Below are positions 51,794-62,132 of a stretch of DNA of 64,000 nt, in pieces. The notes under the pieces were generated by a model. That model was not told the DNA's origin. It worked only from the letters and a program-made list of their open reading frames with translations, and did not search any database. Origin of the DNA: Candidatus Eiseniibacteriota bacterium (GTDB lineage Bacteria > Eisenbacteria > RBG-16-71-46); NCBI GenBank assembly GCA_044223005.1, contig JBGAML010000001.1:448001-512000 (forward strand), written 5' to 3'. Each line of letters starts with the position of its first letter. Within the stretch, counting starts at the first letter, position 1. The translations under genes and the position numbers were made by a program.

Positions 51794-53539
51794 GTGATCA
51801 CGTCGCTGCGCGTCCGGCAGTTCGTCGCCTACGGGTTCGTGCTCGTGGCGGCGTTCACCGTGCTCGCCGTGCTCGAGACGCGCGTGCAGCGGCGCTGGCT
51901 GCTCGACCGCAGTCGCGAGGAGCTGGTGCGAGACGTGCGCCAGGTCGCGGTCGCGCTCGCGGACGATCCGCCCGAGGTGCGCGCGGCCCCGCAGGGCACC
52001 GTCGCCGCGCTCGACTCGGCGCTCGCCCGCCGCATCACGCTGATCGCCCCCGACGGCCGCGTGATCGCGGATTCGCGCGCGGACGCACACGTGCTCGAGA
52101 ACCACGCGAACCGGCCGGAGTTCCGCGCGGCGATGGCCGGGCGCGTCGGCACGAGCGTGCGGCGCAGTCACACGCTCGGCGTGGAGATGCTCTACGTGGC
52201 CGAGGCCGCGCCGCCGGGCATGCCGTGGGCGGTCGTGCGCCTCTCGGAACCGCTGTCGGTCGTGCACGAACTGAACGGCGCGCTCATGCGGATCTCACTG
52301 CTCGGCGCGGGCTTCACCTTGCTCGCGACGTTCGCGCTCGTCTACTGGATCGGCGGCCGCCCGACCGGGCGGGTGCGCGAGCTCCAGCGCATCGCCGAGC
52401 GGATCGGTTCCGGCGATCCGCGCGCGCGCGCGGACGAGCGGCCGGACGACGAGCTCGGACGGCTCGGCGCGGCGCTCAACCACATGTCCGCGACGCTCAA
52501 CGACCGGCTGGAGGCCCTGGCGCGCGAACGCGACGAACGCGAACACGTGCTGGCGCACATGTCGGACGGCGTCGCGTTGCTCGATCCCGGCAATCGGATC
52601 GTGCACTGCAACCACAGCCTCGCGGAGCTCTTCGCGGCACCGCGGCCCGCGGCGCCGGGCACGCCGCTCGGCGAGTTCGTCCGCGAGCCCGAGCTGGACG
52701 AACTCGTCCGTCGCGCGCGGGCCGAGCGCCGGCCGCTGGAGGCCGAACTCCGGCTGTGGTCGCCGCGCGCGCGCTTCGTGCGCGCCAACGTGACGCCGCT
52801 GGATCCGGCGGCGAGCGAGCTGCTGCTCGTGCTGCACGACCTGACCGAGGCCGAGACGGTGAATCGCGTGCGCCAGGACTTCGTCGCCAACGTTTCGCAC
52901 GAGCTGCGCACGCCGCTCACCTCGTTGCGCGGCTACGCCGAGACGCTGCTCGACGGCGGGCTCGAGGACGCCGAACACCGCGAGCAGTTCGTGCGCGTGA
53001 TCCGCGACCAGGCCGAGCGCATGCAGCTGCTGGTCGACGACCTGCTCTCGCTCGCGCAGCTCGAGCGGCCCGAGGCGGCGCCGAAGCGCGAGCCGTTCGA
53101 CCTGCGCGCGCTGCTCGCCGAGCACGTGGCGGCGGAACAGCCGCGCGCCCGCGCCGCGGGGCTCGCGCTCGTGCTGGAGCCGGGACCGCCGCTGGAAGTG
53201 TCGGCGGAACGCCACCGGCTCGCCCAGGTGATCGCCAACCTGCTCGACAACGCGCTCAAGTACACCGAGCGCGGGGGCATCACCGTGCGCGCGGGCGAGG
53301 ACGCCCGCCGGGTCTGGTGCGAGGTCGAGGACACGGGGCCGGGCATCCCGGAGGACGATCGCTCGCGCGTGTTCGAGCGCTTCTACCGCGTCGACAAGGC
53401 CCGCTCGCGCGAGAAGGGCGGCACCGGGCTCGGGCTCTCGATCGTGAAGCACGTCATCACGTTGCACGGGGGCGAGGTCTCGGTGCGCAGCGCCCCCGGC
53501 GAGGGCAGCTGCTTCCGGTTCGAGCTGCCGCGCCCCTGA
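51794..53539 (+). CDS. phoR: PhoR-type sensor histidine kinase (HAMP-PAS-HisKA-HATPase)
   Basis: ENHANRPE, DFVANVSHELRTPL, NALKYT, RFYRVDKARSREKGGTGLGL. Confidence 0.9.
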   Translation: MITSLRVRQFVAYGFVLVAAFTVLAVLETRVQRRWLLDRSREELVRDVRQVAVALADDPPEVRAAPQGTVAALDSALARRITLIAPDGRVIADSRADAHVLENHANRPEFRAAMAGRVGTSVRRSHTLGVEMLYVAEAAPPGMPWAVVRLSEPLSVVHELNGALMRISLLGAGFTLLATFALVYWIGGRPTGRVRELQRIAERIGSGDPRARADERPDDELGRLGAALNHMSATLNDRLEALARERDEREHVLAHMSDGVALLDPGNRIVHCNHSLAELFAAPRPAAPGTPLGEFVREPELDELVRRARAERRPLEAELRLWSPRARFVRANVTPLDPAASELLLVLHDLTEAETVNRVRQDFVANVSHELRTPLTSLRGYAETLLDGGLEDAEHREQFVRVIRDQAERMQLLVDDLLSLAQLERPEAAPKREPFDLRALLAEHVAAEQPRARAAGLALVLEPGPPLEVSAERHRLAQVIANLLDNALKYTERGGITVRAGEDARRVWCEVEDTGPGIPEDDRSRVFERFYRVDKARSREKGGTGLGLSIVKHVITLHGGEVSVRSAPGEGSCFRFELPRP

Positions 53540-53597
53540 GCCCCCGCGGTCGGTTCCGCCCCGCCGAGTGGTGCGAATCGTCGCTCGTCGAGGCGGA

Positions 53598-53625
53598 TTA
53601 ACCCGGTCGTTACATCCCGTTAACA
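53598..53625 (+). promoter_or_regulatory. Putative Pho box (three hexamers at 11-bp period)
   Basis: TTAACC-N5-GTTACA-N5-TTAACA, resembling the Bacillus PhoP TT(A/T/C)ACA repeat. Confidence 0.65.
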
Positions 53626-53702
53626 GCGTGCGGGCGAGGCTCATGGCCTCCATGCGTGGCCGGATCCCCCGCGGCCCGCCTGTTCCCCGGGAGGTCGCCT
53701 TC

Positions 53703-54053
53703 ATGTCGTCGAATACATCTTCCGCCGGCGGTTCGTCGCCGGCAGGTGCGTACGCGCTCTCGCCCTCGTCGAGCGACGGCCGTTCGTCCGGCAACGCGCC
53801 TCGGCGCCGCGGGCGTCCGCCGATGCGAACGCCCGCGCAAGTGCTCGAGGAGATTCGCGCGGCCGCTCAGTCCGGGAAGCTGTTCCGCGTGCACCTCGAC
53901 CAGCCCGCGCTCTACGCGCGCGCGCGTCGCATGTGGGGAACGTGGGCGGCGGCGCTGCGCGAAGCGGGCGTCGATTATCACGGCATCGTGCAGACGGCGC
54001 GCACGCGCGCGCTGGAAACGCGTCGCACGAAGCGCGAGCGCCGCGAAGCCTGA
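53703..54053 (+). CDS. Small basic putative DNA-binding protein (AT-hook plus helical repeat)
   Basis: GGAGG before ATG; RRRGRPP; LYARARRMWGTWAAALREAGV. Confidence 0.7.
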   Translation: MSSNTSSAGGSSPAGAYALSPSSSDGRSSGNAPRRRGRPPMRTPAQVLEEIRAAAQSGKLFRVHLDQPALYARARRMWGTWAAALREAGVDYHGIVQTARTRALETRRTKRERREA

Positions 54054-54208
54054 AACGCGCGCGTCGCGGAGATTAACGGGGCCGAAACCCCAGAGCCATT
54101 CGAGGGCAACGCGCGCCACGTAGCGTGAGGTTCGACGCACGACGGCGCGCGTTCGCGTGTCCGGCACGTGCGTGAACCGATGCCGACGCATGGACCCGGA
54201 GAAGGCCC

Positions 54209-55336
54209 ATGATCCTCCGCGCGCGCACCGTCCCCGCCTCACTCGCCCTCGCGTTCGCCCTCGCCATGCCGCCGTTCGTCGCGGCGCAGTCACCGCCGCC
54301 TGCGGCCGTCGTCGCGACGCCGCCCGACTTCCCGCGCGGGAAGATCAGCGGCTACATGTTCGCCGACGTCTACGACAACCTGGCCGGTGATCCGCGCCAC
54401 GCGTACGACGCCGCGGGCAACGACTCGGCGCAGGCATCGATCGACGGCAAGAAGGTGATCGGCCGCGATCTCTCGGGCGTCGTGCTGCGCCGCGTCTACT
54501 TCCAGCTCGACAACGACCTGTCGATCCGTTTCGCGACGCGCTTCCGGCTCGAGGCCGACAGCCGCTCGCTCACGTCGGACGGCAAACTCGGCGTCGCGGT
54601 GAAGGCGGCGTACATGCTGGCGCGCAGCGTGTGGCCGCGCGGCGACGTGTACGTGGGCCTCACACCGACGCCGACGTTCGAGAACTCCGAGGACTACTGG
54701 CAGTACCGCTCGATCGAGAAGACGCTCGCCGACTTCCGCGGGCTCGCACCGTCGGCCGACGTGGGCGTGCTCGTGAAGGGCTTCGTCGACGGGAATCACG
54801 TGCTGGGCTACGCCGCCATGGTGGGCAACGGCGGCGGGCAGAAGCCGGAGACGAATCGCGACCGCCGCGCCTACCTCGCGCTGCCGATGCGCTGGCGCGA
54901 CGTGCGGCTCGAGCCCTACGTGGACTACGAGAACGTGTGGAACGGCCGCGACCGCGCCACGTACAAGCTCTTCGCGGGCTGGGACGTCGGCCATGGCGCG
55001 ATCGGCTGGGAGGTCGCCGACCAGGTGACGCACCGGCCCGTGGGCGCGTACGCCGAATCGCGCGCGCACTCTGTGTTCGCGCGCTACGCGTTCACGCCCA
55101 TGATCGGCGCGTTCGCGCGCGCGGACTTCTGGCAGCCGGACCGGCGCACCGCCAACCGCGTGGACCAGCAGCTCTGGGTCGCGGGCGTCGACTGGCAGCC
55201 GCTCAAAGACGTGCACTTCATGCCGAACGTCGAATCGATGCAGTACGCCGCGCAGGGCACCGGCATGGTGCCGCCGCACCACGACCTGCAGGCGCGCGTC
55301 ACGCTCTATTGGAAGTTCTCTCGGCCCCAGTCCTGA
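54209..55336 (+). CDS. Outer-membrane porin of the Pho locus (phosphate porin candidate)
   Basis: Signal peptide, LRRVYF, beta strands, directly upstream of pstS. Confidence 0.75.
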   Translation: MILRARTVPASLALAFALAMPPFVAAQSPPPAAVVATPPDFPRGKISGYMFADVYDNLAGDPRHAYDAAGNDSAQASIDGKKVIGRDLSGVVLRRVYFQLDNDLSIRFATRFRLEADSRSLTSDGKLGVAVKAAYMLARSVWPRGDVYVGLTPTPTFENSEDYWQYRSIEKTLADFRGLAPSADVGVLVKGFVDGNHVLGYAAMVGNGGGQKPETNRDRRAYLALPMRWRDVRLEPYVDYENVWNGRDRATYKLFAGWDVGHGAIGWEVADQVTHRPVGAYAESRAHSVFARYAFTPMIGAFARADFWQPDRRTANRVDQQLWVAGVDWQPLKDVHFMPNVESMQYAAQGTGMVPPHHDLQARVTLYWKFSRPQS

Positions 55337-55359
55337 CCCACCGACGAGGATCCCTTCGC

Positions 55360-56412
55360 ATGCTCGTGCGCTCTCGTATCGCCGTCCTCGCCGCGCTCGC
55401 GGCCTTCGCGATCGCCGGTTCGGGTGCCGCGGGCGCGCAGTCGCTCACCGGCGCCGGCGCCACGTTCCCGTACCCGATCTACTCCAAGTGGTTCGACACC
55501 TACCACCAGAAGACGGGCATCGAGATCAACTACCAGTCGATCGGCAGCGGCGCCGGCATCCAGCAGGTCAAGGCCGGCACGGTCGACTTCGGCGCGAGCG
55601 ACGCGGCCCTGTCCGACGCGCAGCTCAAGGACATGCCGCGCAAGGTGCTCCACTTCCCGACGGTGGCGGGCGCGGTCGTGCTCGCCTACAACCTGCCGGG
55701 CTTCAACGCCACGCTGCGCCTCACGCCGGAGCTCGTGGCCGGCATCTGGATGGGCACGATCACCACGTGGAACGACAAGCGCGTCGCCGCCGCGAACCCG
55801 GGCGTGACGCTGCCCGCGGCGCCGATCCTCGCGGTGCACCGCTCCGACGGCAGCGGCACCACGAACATCTTCACGAACTACCTCGCGGCGATCAGCACGC
55901 CGTGGAAGGAAATGGTCGGCGCCGGCACGTCGGTGAGCTGGCCGTCGGGCGTGGGCGGCAAGGGCAACGACGGCGTGGCCGGCGTGGTCCGCCAGACGCC
56001 GGGTGCGATCGGCTACGTGGAGCTGGCGTACGCGAAGCAGAACAAGCTGCCGATGGCGACGCTGCGCAACAAGGCGGGCAACTTCGTCACGCCCACGCTC
56101 GCGTCCACCACGGCGGCGGTCGAGGGCGCGGCGCCGCAGCTCGCGAAGGACGTGCGCACGCCGATCGTGAACTCGCCGGCGCCGCAGGCGTGGCCGATCT
56201 CGGGGCTCACGTTCCTGCTCGTCTACCAGGATTCGAAGGACGCCGCGCGGGCGAAGGCGCTGGCGGACTTCATCCGCTGGGCGATCCACGACGGGCAGGC
56301 CTTCGCGGACGATCTCGACTACGCCGCGCTGCCGCCGGCGGTCGTGAAGGTGAACGAGAGCACGCTGCAGCTCCTTTCGGCCGGCGGCAAGAAGCTGTTC
56401 GCGGCGAAATGA
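55360..56412 (+). CDS. pstS: Phosphate ABC transporter substrate-binding protein PstS
   Basis: GAGATFPYP, YQSIGSGAG, DFGASD, RSDGSGTT, GAIGYVE. Confidence 0.97.
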   Translation: MLVRSRIAVLAALAAFAIAGSGAAGAQSLTGAGATFPYPIYSKWFDTYHQKTGIEINYQSIGSGAGIQQVKAGTVDFGASDAALSDAQLKDMPRKVLHFPTVAGAVVLAYNLPGFNATLRLTPELVAGIWMGTITTWNDKRVAAANPGVTLPAAPILAVHRSDGSGTTNIFTNYLAAISTPWKEMVGAGTSVSWPSGVGGKGNDGVAGVVRQTPGAIGYVELAYAKQNKLPMATLRNKAGNFVTPTLASTTAAVEGAAPQLAKDVRTPIVNSPAPQAWPISGLTFLLVYQDSKDAARAKALADFIRWAIHDGQAFADDLDYAALPPAVVKVNESTLQLLSAGGKKLFAAK

Positions 56413-57404
56413 GTGCTCGTCCGGGCGGGGGCGTCGTGACGCCCTGGTCGGTGCCGGTGTCGCGCGTCCCCCGCGCGCGCTCGGCGCCGCGCCCGGACGA
56501 TCTGTACGCGGGGCTGCTGCGGTCGCTGGGCCTGGTCGTCGTGCTGGCGCTCGCGATCGTGGTGTTCGAGTGCGTGCGCGGTGCGTGGCCCGCGTGGCAT
56601 GCGTTCGGCCCCGCGTTCCTCCTGCGGTCCGACTGGGACCCGATCTCGGATCGCTACGGCGCCTGGCCGTACCTCTACGGCACGCTCGTCACGTCGGCGC
56701 TGGCGATGGGCTGCGCGACGCCGCTCGGCGTGGGCGCGGCCGTGTTCCTCGTCGAGATCGCGCCGCCCCGCGTCGGGGCGGTGGTGTCGTACGTGATCGA
56801 GCTGCTCGCCTCCATTCCCAGCATCGTGTACGGCATCTGGGGCGTCTTCGTGCTCGCTCCGGTGCTGCGCACGCTCGTCGAGCCCTGGCTGATCGCGCAC
56901 CTCGGATTCCTGCCACTGTTCCAGGGCTTCCCCTTCGGCCTCGGCATCCTGAACGCCGGGATCGTGCTCGCGATCATGGTGGTGCCGACCGTGACCGCGA
57001 TCGCGCGCGAGGTGCTGCGCGCGATGCCGCCCTCACTGCGCGAGTCGGCGCTGGCGCTGGGTGCCACGCGCGCCGAGGCGCTGGCGGTCACGCTCGACGC
57101 GGCGCGACCCGGGATCCTCGGCGCGGCGATCCTCGCGCTCGGGCGCGCGCTCGGCGAGACGATGGCGGTCACCATGGTGATCGGGAACTCGAACCGCGTC
57201 TCGGCGTCGCTGCTGGCGCCGGGCTCGACGCTGGCGAGCGTGATCGCCAACGAGTTCGCCGAGGCGACGGGCAAGCTCTACCTCTCGGCACTGATCGAGA
57301 TCGCGCTCGTGCTGTTCGTCCTGACGCTGGTCGTGAACGCGTGCGCGCGGCTGCTGGTGCACTGGACCACGGGAGGTCGTCGCGATGTCGCGGGCGCCGC
57401 GTGA
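56409..57404 (+). CDS. pstC: Phosphate ABC transporter permease PstC
   Basis: ELLASIPSIVYGIWG, GRALGETMAVTMVIGN, IANEFAEA. Confidence 0.95.
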   Translation: MSARPGGGVVTPWSVPVSRVPRARSAPRPDDLYAGLLRSLGLVVVLALAIVVFECVRGAWPAWHAFGPAFLLRSDWDPISDRYGAWPYLYGTLVTSALAMGCATPLGVGAAVFLVEIAPPRVGAVVSYVIELLASIPSIVYGIWGVFVLAPVLRTLVEPWLIAHLGFLPLFQGFPFGLGILNAGIVLAIMVVPTVTAIAREVLRAMPPSLRESALALGATRAEALAVTLDAARPGILGAAILALGRALGETMAVTMVIGNSNRVSASLLAPGSTLASVIANEFAEATGKLYLSALIEIALVLFVLTLVVNACARLLVHWTTGGRRDVAGAA

Positions 57405-58260
57405 GCCGCTGGGGCGGCCGGTGCCCCGCCGTTCGCGCCTCGTGCGCGGCGCGGCGAACGCGCTGGCGCTGGGCGCGTGCACGGCGGCGGCGGTGCTGGT
57501 CATGGTTCCGCTGCTGCTGCTCGTGACGCACCTGCTCGTGCACGGGCTGCCGGCGCTCACGCCGGGCTTCTTCGTGCACCTGCCGAAGCCGGTGGGCGAG
57601 CCCGGAGGCGGCATGGCGAACGCCATTCTCGGCACGCTGGTCATGGTCGCGCTCGGGGCGGCGATCGCGGTGCCGGTCGGTGTCGGTGCGGGCGTCTACC
57701 TCGCGGAGTTCGGCGAAGGGCGCATGGCGAGTGTCGTGCGCTACGCCGCCGAAGTGCTGGGCGGCGTGCCATCGATCGTGGTCGGTGTCGCGGTGTACGG
57801 ACTCGTGGTGGTGCCGATGGGCCGCTTCTCGGGCCTCGCGGGTGGCGTGGCGCTGGCGATCCTGATGCTGCCGACGATCGTGCGCGCGACCGAAGAGGTG
57901 GTGCGGCTGGTGCCGCAGTCCTACCGCCAGGCGGCGCTCGCCCTGGGCGCGCCGCGCTGGCGCGTGGTGCAGCAGGTCGTGCTGCCCGCGGCCCGCAGCG
58001 GCATCGCGACGGCGGTGATGCTGTCGGTGGCGCGCGCCTCGGGCGAGACGGCGCCGCTGCTGTTCACGGCGCTCGGCAACCGGTTCTGGTCGCTCCACCT
58101 CGACCGGCCCATGGCGTCGCTGCCGGTCATGATCTTCGATTACGCGCGCGCGCCGTATCCCGACTGGAATGCCCAGGCGTGGACGGGCGCGCTGGTGCTG
58201 TTCGTGATGGTCGCCACGCTGGCGGGACTGGTGCGATGGACGACGAGGCGGATCCGATGA
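57385..58260 (+). CDS. pstA: Phosphate ABC transporter permease PstA
   Basis: [32 protein letters not shown]. Confidence 0.95.
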   Translation: MSRAPREPLGRPVPRRSRLVRGAANALALGACTAAAVLVMVPLLLLVTHLLVHGLPALTPGFFVHLPKPVGEPGGGMANAILGTLVMVALGAAIAVPVGVGAGVYLAEFGEGRMASVVRYAAEVLGGVPSIVVGVAVYGLVVVPMGRFSGLAGGVALAILMLPTIVRATEEVVRLVPQSYRQAALALGAPRWRVVQQVVLPAARSGIATAVMLSVARASGETAPLLFTALGNRFWSLHLDRPMASLPVMIFDYARAPYPDWNAQAWTGALVLFVMVATLAGLVRWTTRRIR

Positions 58261-59120
58261 CGCTCGACACCCGGCCGGCGGCGGACGCTTCGCCGCCCGC
58301 GCCCGCGCTGCGCACGGAGCTCCCCGCCGCGCGCGAACACCCGCAACCGGCCGCGGCGGCGGCGCCGCGCACGGAGCTGGCGGCACGGGGCTTCCACCTG
58401 TACTACGGCACGTTCCACGCGCTGCGCGACGTGTCGTTCGAGATCCCCGAGCACACGGTGACGGCGATCATCGGGCCGTCGGGCTGCGGCAAGAGCACGC
58501 TGCTGCGCTCCTTCAACCGCATGAACGACCTCGTCCCCGGCGTTCGCACGTCGGGCGGGCTCGAGGTCGGCGGGGTCGACGTGACGTCGCCCGCGGTGGA
58601 CGTGGTCGAACTGCGCCGCCGGGTCGGCATGGTGTTCCAGCGCCCGAATCCCTTTCCGCGTTCGATCTTCGACAACGTGGCCTTCGGCCTGCGGCTGATC
58701 GGCATCCGCGACCGCGGCGAGCTCGCGATCCGGATCGAATCGAGCCTGCGCCGCGCGGCGCTCTGGGACGAGGTGAAGGACCGGCTCGACCGCTCGGCCC
58801 TCGCACTCTCGGGCGGCCAGCAGCAGCGGCTCTGCATCGCCCGCGCGCTCGCGGTCGAGCCCGAGGTCCTGCTGATGGACGAACCCGCCTCGGCGCTCGA
58901 TCCCACCGCGACCGCGCGCATCGAGGAGCTGGTGCTGGAGCTGAAGGGGCGCTACACGATCCTCGTGGTGACGCACAACATGCAGCAGGCGGCGCGCATC
59001 TCGGACCGCACGTTGTTCATGCTCAACGGCGCGCTCGTGGAGTACGGTGAGACGCGGCAGCTGTTCACGAACCCGCGCGAGAAGCTGACCGAGGACTACA
59101 TCACCGGGCGGTTCGGGTGA
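58257..59120 (+). CDS. pstB: Phosphate ABC transporter ATPase PstB
   Basis: [37 protein letters not shown]. Confidence 0.98.
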   Translation: MTLDTRPAADASPPAPALRTELPAAREHPQPAAAAAPRTELAARGFHLYYGTFHALRDVSFEIPEHTVTAIIGPSGCGKSTLLRSFNRMNDLVPGVRTSGGLEVGGVDVTSPAVDVVELRRRVGMVFQRPNPFPRSIFDNVAFGLRLIGIRDRGELAIRIESSLRRAALWDEVKDRLDRSALALSGGQQQRLCIARALAVEPEVLLMDEPASALDPTATARIEELVLELKGRYTILVVTHNMQQAARISDRTLFMLNGALVEYGETRQLFTNPREKLTEDYITGRFG

Positions 59121-59142
59121 TCCTGGGGATCGGGGGCTGAGC

Positions 59143-59832
59143 ATGGAGCGTCACTTCGAGACGGAGATCGAGGAGCTCAAGCGCCGGCTGCTGCACATGA
59201 GCGGGCTCGCGGAGAGCACCGTGCGCAAGGCCGTCGAGGCGCTGCAGCGCCGCGACGTGGCGCTGGCCGAGGAGGTCTTCGCCGACGACAAGGTGATCGA
59301 CCGGCTCGAGATCGAGATCGAGGAGCGCTGCATCGCGCTGCTCGCGCTGCAACAGCCGCTCGCGCGCGACCTGCGCCTGATCACGTCGGCGCTCAAGATC
59401 TCGAACGATCTCGAGCGCGTGGGCGACCACGGCGTCAACATCGCCGGCTGCGCGAAGACGCTGTTCACGCTGCCGCCCGAGCGGCCGTCGCAGGACCTCG
59501 CCCCGCTCGTCGAAGGGGCGCTCGGCATGCTGCGCGAGGCGCTGGACGCGTTCGTGCGCCGCGACGCGGAGGCCGCGCGACGGCTGGTGCGCCGCGACGA
59601 CGAGGTGGACGCGCTCAACCGCAGCCTGTTCGGCGACCTGCTCGGGCGCATGGTGCGCGAGCCGGGGCACGTCGAGGCATGCATGGCCTACGTGCTCGTG
59701 GGCCGCAACCTCGAGCGCATCGCCGACCTCGCGACCAACGTCGCCGAGGAAGTGGTGTTCATCGCCGAGGCGCGCGTGATCAAGCACCACGCCGAGCAGG
59801 TCGCGACCGGCGACGAATTCGGCCGCGACTGA
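59143..59832 (+). CDS. phoU: Phosphate signalling protein PhoU
   Basis: QQPLARDLR, DLERVGDH, NLERIADLATNVAE. Confidence 0.97.
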   Translation: MERHFETEIEELKRRLLHMSGLAESTVRKAVEALQRRDVALAEEVFADDKVIDRLEIEIEERCIALLALQQPLARDLRLITSALKISNDLERVGDHGVNIAGCAKTLFTLPPERPSQDLAPLVEGALGMLREALDAFVRRDAEAARRLVRRDDEVDALNRSLFGDLLGRMVREPGHVEACMAYVLVGRNLERIADLATNVAEEVVFIAEARVIKHHAEQVATGDEFGRD

Positions 59833-59925
59833 GGCCGCACCGGGCGCGGCGCGCTTGCGCCCGTGCCCGCCGCCCTCCCATGCTGGCGCCCGCGCGCCGG
59901 CGGCGTCCGGCGCGGGGGAGGGTTC

Positions 59926-60726
59926 ATGATCGTCGTCCAGCTCACCGACCCGCACGTCTCCGACGCGCGCCCGGTCGCGCTCGAACGCTTCGAGGTCGCG
60001 ATCGCCGACGTGCTCGGGCAGCCGCTGCGCCCGGACGTGGTGCTCGTCACCGGCGATCTCGCCGACCACGGCACGCCGGCCGAGTACGCGCGGGCCCGCG
60101 CCGCGCTCGCCGCGTTGCCCTGCCCCGTGTACGCGATTCCCGGCAACCACGACGACCGGTCGGCGTTCCGCGCGGCGTTCGGCCCGCAGGGCGCGCAGGC
60201 GCTGGAACCGTTCGTGCAGTACGTGGCCGACGCGGGCCCGTTGCGCCTGGTGGGGCTCGACACGACGATCCCGGGCGAGAACGCGGGCGAACTGTGCGCG
60301 GAGCGCCTCGCGTGGCTGGACGCGCGGCTCGCCGAGGCGCCCGAACGGCCGGCGCTCGTCTTCATGCACCATCCGCCGGTGGCCACGGGTCTCGAGCCGA
60401 TGGATGCGATCGGGCTGCGCGGCGCGGACGCGTTCGGCGACGTGATCGCGCGCCACCCGCAGGTCGAGGCGATCGTCGCGGGCCACGTGCACCTGATGCT
60501 GGTGCGCCGCTTCCGCGGCACGGTGGCGATGACCGCGGTGGCGACGTCGTCGCGGATCGACTTCGACGTGTCGCGCCCCGACCGGCTCGCGCTGGTCGAG
60601 GGCCCGATCGAATACCTGGTCCACGCCTGGAGCCCCGAGCACGGCCTGCGCACCAGCGTGCGCGGCGTCGCGATCGGCGCCGGCCGCCGCGAGATCCACG
60701 ACGGGACGCGCTGGCTGGCGCATTAG
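59926..60726 (+). CDS. CpdA/GpdQ-like metallophosphodiesterase
   Basis: QLTDPH, TGDL, PGNHD, MHHPP, GHVH. Confidence 0.88.
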   Translation: MIVVQLTDPHVSDARPVALERFEVAIADVLGQPLRPDVVLVTGDLADHGTPAEYARARAALAALPCPVYAIPGNHDDRSAFRAAFGPQGAQALEPFVQYVADAGPLRLVGLDTTIPGENAGELCAERLAWLDARLAEAPERPALVFMHHPPVATGLEPMDAIGLRGADAFGDVIARHPQVEAIVAGHVHLMLVRRFRGTVAMTAVATSSRIDFDVSRPDRLALVEGPIEYLVHAWSPEHGLRTSVRGVAIGAGRREIHDGTRWLAH

Positions 60727-60736
60727 AGTCGTCGCG

Positions 60737-61996
60737 TCAGCGCCTCGCGGGTCCCGCCGGCATCATGAGCGCGCGCTTCGTGCGCAGCAGGCGCGGTGCC
60801 GCGGCGGCGAGCCAGAGCGCCCAGGCGAGCGCCCAGAGCGCGGCGGCGGTCGCGAGCCCGTGCGCCATGCGCGGATCGGCCTCGCCGGAGACGAGCCGCA
60901 CGAGCCCCGCGAGCGCGAGCGAGACGAGCGTCGCGACGCCGAGCACGCGCGGCTCGTCCTCGAACGGGTGGCCGCCGTGCGAGACCACGACGCGCGTGCC
61001 GATCGAGATCGTGAGCAGCCCGAAGCCGCCCACGAACACCAGGTGCCACGCGGCGATCTCGTGCGTGGGCAGCGCGGCGGCGCCGGCGAGCCCGAGCAGC
61101 AGGCAGGCGCCGGCGGCCCAGAGCGTCCACGAGAGCCGGTGGTTCCGCGACGGGAAGCGCCACAGCTTCCACGCGAGCAGCGTACTGGCGGCGCCCGCGA
61201 CGAGCCGCATGACGCCGGCGAGCCCGGGGTGGCCGATCGCCTCCGCGGCCATCGCGCCCACGATCAGCAGCGCGAGCCCCGCGACGAACTCGCGCCGCGG
61301 CCGGCGCTGCCCGGCGCGTGCGACGCCCACGATGTGCAGTGGATCGCGCACCATCGCGAACGTGGGCACCAGCAGCCCGCCCAGGCCGAGCACGAGCGCG
61401 AGCATCATGCCGCGCGAGACGAGCCGCAGCCCGAAGCGCACCGAGGGCTCGACGATCATGCCGGCCGCGGCCATCGCCTGCACCACGCCCCCGGCGACGC
61501 CGAGCAGCAGGCCCACGCCGACGAGCGCGAACTCCTCGGGCGGCGCGGCGCCCCCGGGCCGCACGCGCCGCGCGATCGCGATCGCGGTGAACGCGAGGGT
61601 CGCGGCGAACAGCGCGTGCGCGATGCCCTCGAGCCCGGCCACGCGCAGCAGCGCGAAGAGCGCGACGCCGGCCGCGACCGCGGCGAGCTCCCACGGGCGG
61701 CACTTCGCGCCGTGCGTGAACGCGGGCATCGCGGTGAGCAGGAACCCGGTGACGAACGCGAGCTCGAAGCCTTCCATCATGAGCGAGCCGTGCAGCAGCG
61801 CGGGCCATGCGGCGAGGCCCATCGCCTGCGCGAGCCACGGCAGCGCGCCGCCGATCGCACACGCGGCGCCGAGCGGGAACAGCACGCGGTAGGGCTCGAG
61901 CGCGGGTGTCTCGGCGGGCGGCAGCGGGCGAACGGACTGCAGCGTGGGCGCGTCGATCGGCGCGATGCGGATCGGCCCTCCGGGAGGGAGGCTCAT
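60737..61996 (-). CDS. nnrS: NnrS family membrane protein
   Basis: PYRVLF, H..LM..GF...GFLLTA, R....HGG, about 12 TM segments. Confidence 0.8.
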   Translation of the reverse strand: MSLPPGGPIRIAPIDAPTLQSVRPLPPAETPALEPYRVLFPLGAACAIGGALPWLAQAMGLAAWPALLHGSLMMEGFELAFVTGFLLTAMPAFTHGAKCRPWELAAVAAGVALFALLRVAGLEGIAHALFAATLAFTAIAIARRVRPGGAAPPEEFALVGVGLLLGVAGGVVQAMAAAGMIVEPSVRFGLRLVSRGMMLALVLGLGGLLVPTFAMVRDPLHIVGVARAGQRRPRREFVAGLALLIVGAMAAEAIGHPGLAGVMRLVAGAASTLLAWKLWRFPSRNHRLSWTLWAAGACLLLGLAGAAALPTHEIAAWHLVFVGGFGLLTISIGTRVVVSHGGHPFEDEPRVLGVATLVSLALAGLVRLVSGEADPRMAHGLATAAALWALAWALWLAAAAPRLLRTKRALMMPAGPARR

Positions 61997-62132
61997 GCGG
62001 GGCTCCTGCGCGGGAGGAACGTCGTGCGGCGGACGTCCGCGAAGCTACGCCCGCCGGCCGGCCGGCGCACGCGAAGCGGCCGCGCCCGGAGGCGCGGCCG
62101 CGGAAGGAAGTGATGTCGCGTTGTGGTTCGCG

